This document shows positions 53,869-64,000 of a stretch of DNA of 64,000 nt, in pieces. Position 1 is the first letter of the stretch, and each line of letters starts with the position of its first letter. The stretch covers positions 71,982,001-72,046,000 of the forward strand of contig OX597828.1 of assembly GCA_951406725.2 (NCBI GenBank). Direction: 5' to 3'. Both the position numbers and the translations under genes were made by a program. Source of the DNA: Octopus vulgaris. Taxonomy: Eukaryota. Under the pieces are notes generated by a model, which searched no databases, was not told the DNA's origin, and saw only the letters and a program-made list of their open reading frames with translations.

Positions 53869-54098
53869 TTTCTTTACTACCCACAAGGGGCTACACATAG
53901 AGGGGACAAACAAGGACAGACATAGGTATTAAGTCGATTACATCGACCCCAGTGCGTAACTGGTACTTAATTTATCGACCCCGAAAGGATGAAAGGCAAA
54001 GTCGACCTCGGCGGAATTTGAACTCACAACGTAACGCAGCCGAAATACCGCTAAGCATTTCGCCCGGCGCGCTAACGATTCTGCCAGCTCGCCGCCTT
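53869..54098 (-). mobile_element. Young tRNA-derived SINE copy
   Basis: CpG-rich and nearly identical to the opposite-strand copy at 54724-54956. Confidence 0.8.
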
Positions 54099-54229
54099 TG
54101 CGTGTCTGATCGTATAAGCTTTGGAGAAATCTTCACTTTATTGAACGTGTTGAGCATTCATTGTACCATTTGCAGTTCCACAATGGTGCACTCTCCCCCC
54201 CCCCCCCCTCGGTCTCCCCCTCTCTCTGC

Positions 54230-54262
<33 letters not shown>

Positions 54263-54723
54263 AATGCAAGCATACAGAATTTATTTCTCACTGGGAAATA
54301 ATTTTTTTTCCTTTTTGGCGTGTGCTACCAACTTCTCTGACCTTCGAACATGCTGCAAAAGACTCCTCTATCCCCGGAAAACAGATGAGGGATGGAAAGA
54401 GAGGGAGAGAAACTTTAGATTCTTTCCGTCTCCGGAGTTTTTTTCTTCTCTATTTCCCGCCAATCCTCTCTGTTTTCCGAGGGAAAAAACCTTTGCGCGG
54501 CATGTTCGGAGGTCAGATTAGTTGATAGTACACGGGGAAGAAAGAAAAAAAAAAGAAGGTATTTCCCATGGCATCAAGACAGACAAACATAGATAGATTG
54601 ATAGATATGAATTTGAAGAACAGAAAAGACAAATAGAACTCGAAGCATGAATATAAATATATATTTTCCAAACAAGGCGGCGCCCTGGCAGAATCGTTAA
54701 CACGCCGGTATTTCGTCCGTTTT

Positions 54724-54956
54724 AAGGCGGAGAGCTGGCAGAAACGTTAGCACGTCGGGCGAAATGCTTAGCGGTGTTTCGTCTGCCGTTACGCTCTGGG
54801 TTCAAATTCCGCCGAGGTCGACTTTACCTTTCATCCTTTCGGGGTCGATAAATTAAGTACCAGTTACGCACTGGGGTCGATGTAATCGATTTAATACCTA
54901 TGTCTGTCCTTGTTTGTCCCCTCTATGTTTAGCCCCTTGTGGGTAGTAAAGAAATA
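54724..54956 (+). mobile_element. Young tRNA-derived SINE copy
   Basis: ggcggagagctggcagaaacgttagc...ggttcaaattccgcc (A-box/B-box-like). Confidence 0.8.
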
Positions 54957-55349
54957 GGTATTTCGTCAGTTTTTACGTTCTGAGTTCAAATTCCGCCGAG
55001 GTCAACTTCGCCTTTTATCCTTTTTACGGTGGATACTGGGCACTAGGTCAATGAAATCAATTAGTCCCCTCCTCAAAACTTGGGCCTTGTGCCTTTAGTA
55101 GAACCGATTATTTAAGTGACTGTGCCCCGGAGTCACTTTCGTAACTTTCTACTGATAAAAAGAAAATTTGAAAAACACACACACCCACACACACACACAC
55201 AATACTTGATCCATAGTCAGACAAAAAGAATATATTTTATCAGACTAACGATTATGAATTAAATATTTTTATTCGCTCTCAGATCTATCTTCGTGCAGTT
55301 TATTTTAATGGCTACACAGCTTTTTTTTTTAATTTGTCAACCCGTTAAA

Positions 55350-55381
<32 letters not shown>

Positions 55382-55864
55382 TTCATATATATATACACAC
55401 ACACACACACAAGTCTGATAGTAAAGATGTTGGGTTCAGGACCATGATGTCGTGGGTTCGATTCCTAGACCGAGCGGCTTGTTGAGTTTTGGGGCAGTGC
55501 ACATTCCACATGGCTCCAGGCAACTCACCTGTATTGAGTACCGACAAAATTTTGGTGCAACTCTAAGCACTCTCACACCAAGCTATCACATTTTCGATCT
55601 TCTACTGGGCCAAGGGCGGGAGAAGGTAGGGGGTATCTACGACTGCTCACGATGCATGGTGTGTATATATATATATATATATATATATTTGATTTAATTA
55701 CATATTATATTTGTAATTTTATACTTATATCTCTTTGTCTATTTACATTTACTGTATATTTTGTATAATGCCTTTACTGATATGTAATGGTGTAATAAAG
55801 TAATGTTTGGGTATCATCTGATAGTTGATGTTTTATTGATTTAAGTATGTTTCTCCATTTTCTA

Positions 55865-55930
<66 letters not shown>

Positions 55931-56229
55931 GACTGTAGTTTACATACGGGTTGGTTTGATTATTTACATAACGGGGAAAAGTGTAAATATCTGGACTTTC
56001 AACTTCGAGTGTTGTATCTAATGCCAAACACTGATAAGGTAAATGTTCAATCGCATTATGTTCATACCACGTTATGTAATTATTTCAGCATCTTACTGAA
56101 ATCCGTGTATAGCCTATAAAACTTTGAATACAACTACTCTTCTTCTTCTTCTTCTTCTCATCATTATCATTGTATTATTATCATTATCATCATCATCATC
56201 ATTATTATTATTATATGTATGTATACACG

Positions 56230-56285
<56 letters not shown>

Positions 56286-56394
56286 AATACATGCACTCCC
56301 ACACATTTATGCTATATCTATGTAGTCATGTCCATGTGTGTCTGTGAAAGAGAGAGGGGGAGTCAAAGAGAATGGATATGTAGACAGACGAAAG

Positions 56395-56660
<266 letters not shown>

Positions 56661-57044
56661 GCGAACGAAAGATTAGCGCATATATTGCATATCTAGCAAC
56701 TCATATAGTTTGTGTACAGGAGCATTGAGCGTGCACTGACCATTACAGCCTACTCAAGCACTAACCACGTCTGTTTATAAACATTCAAGTCGATACGACG
56801 TACACGTTATGCATACATGCAGCCACATGTAGAGGTGTACATACTTTCATGTATTCATGTGACTACATGTACCATTAGTAGTAGAAGGGTACTTCTCTAT
56901 ACTGCCACCCACGCATTCGAATCACACTGTACTATATACACTCATATATACGCATGTATTCAGTTCCGTCCGTCCGTCTGTGGTCTATCAGACTGCAATG
57001 TGTATGTCCGTGTATGTGTGTGGGTGTATATATATATATACACA

Positions 57045-57112
<68 letters not shown>

Positions 57113-57118
57113 TGTGTA

Positions 57119-57213
<95 letters not shown>

Positions 57214-57226
57214 GTATGTATGTATG

Positions 57227-57271
<45 letters not shown>

Positions 57272-57354
57272 ATATGTATATGATTGATTGATTCCAGTTT
57301 CAGCTCATGAGCTGTGGCCATGCTGGGGCACCGCCATTTGTTAAAATTCATATG

Positions 57355-57385
<31 letters not shown>

Positions 57386-57386
57386 G

Positions 57387-57441
<55 letters not shown>

Positions 57442-57466
57442 TCGTTGCTAAACCCTTTATTGCTTA

Positions 57467-57511
<45 letters not shown>

Positions 57512-57972
57512 TACACATATCTGAAAGAAGCGTGTGTGAAGAACACCACACAAGGAAGCAACTTAATCGCTTTAAAAAAGCAGCCAAATTCCCCTCAGAT
57601 CGCATCGTTTCAAAAACAGGGAAGGGTACATTAGACCATTTAGTCCTAGATACATTATGTCGGAGAGAAAAAAAAAACCTGATGGTCAAGAGTAGAGCGC
57701 CTTTTATAAAGGTTGTCCTCAACCGTAGCTGACTCGGGGGGGGGGGGGCAAACGCCAACAGAAATATATGCAGGGAAGTACTTGTTTTCACGACTACATT
57801 CTACACATACATACATTATACACATGCATATATGTACATACATACATACATACATACATGTGTGTGAGTATATACATACATTATGCATTCACTAACAAAC
57901 TTACCATAATTGAAAACGTGTCAACACATGCATATATATATATACAAATACATTCGTACTTATATACACACA

Positions 57973-58006
<34 letters not shown>

Positions 58007-58037
58007 CATACAAATATATATGTGAATGTGTATATAC

Positions 58038-58071
<34 letters not shown>

Positions 58072-58074
58072 CTA

Positions 58075-58110
<36 letters not shown>

Positions 58111-58189
58111 TAGCATGTATGTATATAAATATACATCATGTATGTATATATATACATATATATATGTATGATGTATATATACATATACA

Positions 58190-58224
<35 letters not shown>

Positions 58225-58234
<10 letters not shown>

Positions 58235-58788
58235 TATATGCATATATATAGAGAGATGTATGTATGTATGTATGTATGTATGTATGTATGTATGTATGTA
58301 TACACGAACATATACGCGCGCGCACACATATAAGACCCAAAAGGAGCACCTCGGCGCGGGCGCTCATCTTGCCGAAAATACCAACCAAATTCAATCTAAA
58401 TCACTCACTATCGCCTAAGAGAAAGAAGGACATATTATGAAATAAATTAACAAAGTTATTGATGCATCGTGGCTGGGGAAAAGCCGGTATAGCTACGGCT
58501 GGATTGTCATGGATCATAGTCCTGCTTCAGCAGGGCTGACCTTGGGCTAAAAGACATCAGACCAATGTCCTGTTATAGAGACACCAGCGTGGTTTGTACG
58601 CGGTTGAGGGACATGCTAGAAATGACAACCAAATCGCTCTCAAACCTTTCGCCAATGACTTAAGTGAAGTTGGATACGATGAAGAATATAGTGGGGCCCT
58701 TCTATGAAACATCTATGGAATGGTGGAATGGTCACGTCTGGAACAGTTCTGGACTTAGGCCGACCGATCAGTGCTTGCCTAATATTTA

Positions 58789-58850
<62 letters not shown>

Positions 58851-58893
58851 TGTATGTATGTATGTATGTATGTATGTATGTATGTATGTTATG

Positions 58894-58924
<31 letters not shown>

Positions 58925-58929
58925 GTATA

Positions 58930-58981
<52 letters not shown>

Positions 58982-59535
58982 TATATGCATATATATAGAG
59001 AGATGTATGTATGTATGTATGTATGTATGTATGTATGTATGTATGTATACACGAACATATACGCGCGCGCACACATATAAGACCCAAAAGGAGCACCTCG
59101 GCGCGGGCGCTCATCTTGCCGAAAATACCAACCAAATTCAATCTAAATCACTCACTATCGCCTAAGAGAAAGAAGGACATATTATGAAATAAATTAACAA
59201 AGTTATTGATGCATCGTGGCTGGGGAAAAGCCGGTATAGCTACGGCTGGATTGTCATGGATCATAGTCCTGCTTCAGCAGGGCTGACCTTGGGCTAAAAG
59301 ACATCAGACCAATGTCCTGTTATAGAGACACCAGCGTGGTTTGTACGCGGTTGAGGGACATGCTAGAAATGACAACCAAATCGCTCTCAAACCTTTCGCC
59401 AATGACTTAAGTGAAGTTGGATACGATGAAGAATATAGTGGGGCCCTTCTATGAAACATCTATGGAATGGTGGAATGGTCACGTCTGGAACAGTTCTGGA
59501 CTTAGGCCGACCGATCAGTGCTTGCCTAATATTTA

Positions 59536-59603
<68 letters not shown>

Positions 59604-59633
59604 TGTATGTATGTATGTATGTATGTATGTATG

Positions 59634-59666
<33 letters not shown>

Positions 59667-59667
59667 G

Positions 59668-59710
<43 letters not shown>
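58225..59710. repeat. Direct tandem duplication with a ~747-bp period in intron 1
   Basis: ORFs starting at 58664 and 59411, and at 58704 and 59451, have identical N-terminal sequence; the unique sequence at about 58300-58790 repeats at about 59047-59537. Confidence 0.93.
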
Positions 59711-59713
<3 letters not shown>

Positions 59714-59787
59714 AGGGGAGAGAGAGAGAGAGATAACGTTATATGTATATCATATAATATATATTGAATGTATATATGTGTGCGTAT

Positions 59788-59833
<46 letters not shown>

Positions 59834-59888
59834 GGTCCCGGGTTGAGTCGGGGTTAACCACAAAAATAAATATATATATATATATATA

Positions 59889-59943
<55 letters not shown>

Positions 59944-59961
59944 CATACATATCTCACTTAC

Positions 59962-60117
59962 CTTGACCAGTTTAAAATCCGAGAGATCGTTGTGTTTGGT
60001 CCATGTAAATGTATTGTGTTTGTGATATTCCAATTTCCATCCTTCGTTTTCTTCGCAGAGTTTCTTCAGTTTCTTGAAGTCTTCGTCGTCAGCTACCCTC
60101 ACCTCGCCGACATGCAT
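59962..60117 (-). CDS. STARD10: STARD10/PCTP-like START-domain protein, coding exon 1 (MHVGEVRVADDEDFKKLKKLCEENEGWKLEYHKHNTFTWTKHNDLSDFKLVK)
   Basis: ATG in a strong context (tcaaccATG); 156 nt = 52 codons; donor AAG|gtaagt at 59961, phase 0; resembles the N-terminus of STARD10-family START domains. Confidence 0.88.
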
Positions 60118-60581
60118 GGTTGATTTGATAGTAAACCGAGCCAAACACTTCTCCACCACCACCACCACCACTTCTACTTTGCTCTCTCACTCGCTCCGTC
60201 TCCTCTGTCTTTCTCTCAGACCTTCTCTCTCACTCTCTTTCACACGCACTCGTTCTCTGTCTCTCTTCACCTCTCCTTTTCTCGCTCTATCTTTCTCTCT
60301 CTCTTTCTTTCTCTTTCCTGGCTCGTCTCCGGTGGGTGGACGAACGGACGGAGTGGTTTGTACAATGGTCTCCCTGTACGTGGTAGTTATTAGGTTGTTG
60401 GTGATATGATGGTCACTAGATGCTGGGGTTACGGGTTGAATATGAAAGAGTGTCGGGGAAGGAATACTGCGGTGCGGTTGGAACGTGGTAGGAACTGGCG
60501 CAAGAAAGAAAGAGAGAAAGACTCGGAGTCACAAGAGTGTGTTTCGGAAAAGAGGAATTCCACCAAGTGAAAAAGAAAAAG

Positions 60582-60624
<43 letters not shown>

Positions 60625-60626
60625 GG

Positions 60627-60667
<41 letters not shown>

Positions 60668-61684
60668 TGAATAGAGGAGAGACGTTAATTAAACACTGCG
60701 GTTAAATGGTTTTCAGAGAATACAAGAAGGGAGATGGGAGACGAGAGTTTGTTTTTGGTTCGTCGATTGTTGGAATAATAATAATAAAGCTGCAAGAGTG
60801 CAAGAAGAGAGAAGTTGATGGCAGCGAAGAGGTTTTGGCTCATCAATTCTTATGATACGCAGGCAAGAGTAGTAGTACAAAAGGGGTAAAGAAGAAGAAG
60901 AAGAAGAAGAAGAAGAAGAAGGGAGAAAGATAAATAAATGTATTATTTGTAAATAATGCAGAGTATGACAAAAGCTGGTGATGGTATATATATATGTGTA
61001 TATATATGTATATATGTGTGTGTGTGTATGTGTGGAGAGGAACGTAAAGTTTCTGGTGAAAGACGGGAGAGAGTTCCAGCAGAGTAGTGCTGCAGTAAAA
61101 CCGTACGGGTGGGTGGAATGCCCTCCACTCTACACACACAAATATTAAAAGGGGGGAAGTTGTTATATATACACACGCAGACACATAAATGTATATGTAT
61201 ATATACACGCACGCACGCACTCACACACAGAGAGAGAGATATGTATGAATATATATCTATATATACACAGATAAAGGATTATAAACAAGGCAACAGTTGG
61301 AAAATTCTCAAGCCACGATGACGTTGCGCTCGGCAATACAGATCCGCCCTCACCGCCGCCGCCGCCTCTACACTCAATCTCAATCTCAATGACGATGGCT
61401 TATGTGCTATAGAAGAAGGCAGAGCATTCTCTAGTCTAGCCTCACACTCAAACTTCAGCATTTTCCTATCTCATTATGCTCCAATTCCCTTGCAAAACCT
61501 AGGTTCTTACAATTTACTGATAATTTTATCTGATTGTGATGAATACAAGCATTGCCGCAACGACTGTTCCTCGCTGTCGAATCGTTATTTAGCTCTCACT
61601 CACACTCGATTACAAGCTGTCACTCACTCGCTCTCATTCACTCAAACTCAATAACCAGCTGTCACTCGAGCAGTCACCCTCTTT

Positions 61685-61736
<52 letters not shown>

Positions 61737-61868
61737 CGATCTCTCTCCCTTTCTACACACCCCTATCACAATTTCGTTCCTATTTAAACTATTGATTCGG
61801 GTCGTCTGCCTGCCTGTCGTTGCAACAAATTATATCCAGCAGCCCCTTCTCATCCCTCTCTCTCTCTT

Positions 61869-61946
<78 letters not shown>

Positions 61947-62100
61947 GCTCTCTCTATCTTTATCTCCCTATAAATCATACAAACATACATACATACATAC
62001 ATACATACATACATACATACACATGTACAAACATACACACACACACGCACACGCACACACATATATACATACATATATTTATAACACATGAATGTATATA

Positions 62101-62133
<33 letters not shown>

Positions 62134-62250
62134 GTATGTGTGTGTGTGTGTGTATGTATATGTGTGTGAGTGTGTATTTGGATATGTATATGTATGTGTA
62201 TATGTACATATATGTATGTATATGTATTTATATATGTGTGTGCGTGTAAA

Positions 62251-62304
<54 letters not shown>

Positions 62305-62465
62305 TACATGTACATATGTATGTATGCATGAATGTATGTATGTATGTATGTATGTATGTATGTATGTATGTATGTATGTATGTGTGTGACTTTGAAAACT
62401 CCCTACAACACCAGATACTCTATCCCACATCAATTATACTTTCAAATCACACACACATAGATGTA

Positions 62466-62499
<34 letters not shown>

Positions 62500-62792
62500 G
62501 ATATATATATGATTACATATATCAGTCTATTTGACTATCTCTCATTTTATCCATACACACATACACAGTCAAATTCATGCATACATACATATACATACAC
62601 ACACACACATACATGTATGTGTGTGTGTGCAAGTGTATACATTAACCAATTATATGTCTCTCTCTTAGTTTATCTGTGTGTGTATGTGTATATATATCTA
62701 TGTGTGTGTATAAGTGTGTGTGTCAATATGTGTGCCCAGCTATTATTGTCATTTCGTCTTCTTTCTTTTTTGTTCTCTCCTCCTCACTATCC

Positions 62793-62843
<51 letters not shown>

Positions 62844-64000
62844 GCACACACGCAGACACGCACACATGCACAATCACACACACACCCTCCTCTCTATAGC
62901 AACTTCTATTCCTGTACAACCATGCCACCCACTTCCCAATCGTTATTCCCTTTCAACAACACTCCCCCCCCCCCGATTCCTCCATCTCTTCATCCTCCTT
63001 CTACTCCTATGTGCCCCTCTTCCTCTTCCTCTTCCTCTTCCTCCTCCTCTTCTTCCCCCCCTCTCCTAAACTCCCCGTCTACCCCTTGCTCCTGTGTCAC
63101 GGGTTCAAAACCCTTGCCTTCTCATTCCCTTCTTCGCCTCTTCTTCCTTTTTTTCATCATCTTAATCACCACCACCACCACCACCACCACCACCACCCCT
63201 ACCACCACTTCTTAATCATCACCTCCACCACCTCCACTTCTTCCTCTGCCACTACTACTGCTAAACCCTCCCCCACCACCACCACCAACACAACCACCAC
63301 CACAGCCACCACCACCACAATAACCACAACCACAACTACCACCACCAGCATCATCATCGTTGTCATCACCATCCACCTCCTACTCTTCATCATCATCATC
63401 TGCATATGAATGTAATGTCTTTCTATATATATATATATGCATGTATTATGTTTGCACATGCAAATGTATAATGTGTGTGTATGTATATATGTATGTATGA
63501 AGTGTATATTTATGTATGTATATATGTGTTTGTATGCATATATGTTTATGTATATATATATATGTCATTATCACCGTTTAACGTCCATAGTGCCATGTGA
63601 GAATTATACATATATACACACCCATACATATACTTCTGTGTGTGTGTGTGCGTGGATGTGCTGTTTTGTAAATGCATATATATACTTAGTAAGTGTATAA
63701 AAGCGTATATAATATATATTCATATATGTATGTAGTGTGTATATGTACTTTTTCCTCAAACTTTCCAACAACACTAGATGCACACATTTACACACACACA
63801 CACTCAATACATAGGCATGCGTATACACATAATATATGCACAGTATATATACACACACACACATCAAAGCTTATAATGTAGAGTCTAACGGATTCTGCTT
63901 ATTTCCTAAGTAAATATCATGTATGTTCAGACCGAAAGATATGTGTGTATATATACATGTATCTAGATAAAAATTCATACATACAGACATGAGTGTGTGC

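Noticed and set aside
59854-60171. ORF start at 60171 (MVVVVVEK...)
   Set aside because: That start is a GTG inside a (GGT)n run; the ATG at 60117 has a good Kozak context and the ORF tail beyond 59962 is intronic.

Overview
Eukaryotic, AT-rich and microsatellite-dense DNA. The SINE/LINE repertoire suggests a coleoid cephalopod, probably Octopus (inference from recognition, not from a search). One protein-coding gene spans almost the whole window on the minus strand: a STARD10/PCTP-like START-domain lipid-transfer gene with 6 coding exons (60117->6717, 786 nt including stop, 261 aa, all GT-AG introns with consistent phases; intron 1 is about 36.1 kb and intron 3 about 12.6 kb). The introns hold a near-full-length Penelope-like retroelement (RT + C-terminal GIY-YIG, inverted pseudo-LTRs), a 5'-truncated Tx1/L1-like LINE sitting in (AAT)n, RTE LINE fragments, a mariner relic, a probable Chapaev3-type relic, Helitron/Helentron-type and hAT-type non-autonomous elements, and many tRNA-derived SINEs. 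The most unusual structure is a 2.6-kb near-perfect palindrome (13712-16298) with two nested 130-bp palindromes, each carrying a type I hammerhead-ribozyme motif on both strands. Further intact or decayed hammerhead-like motifs lie at about 31.4, 17.3/20.8, 45.8, 40.0 and 10.7 kb. Nearly all of the long ORFs in the supplied track are microsatellite translations.
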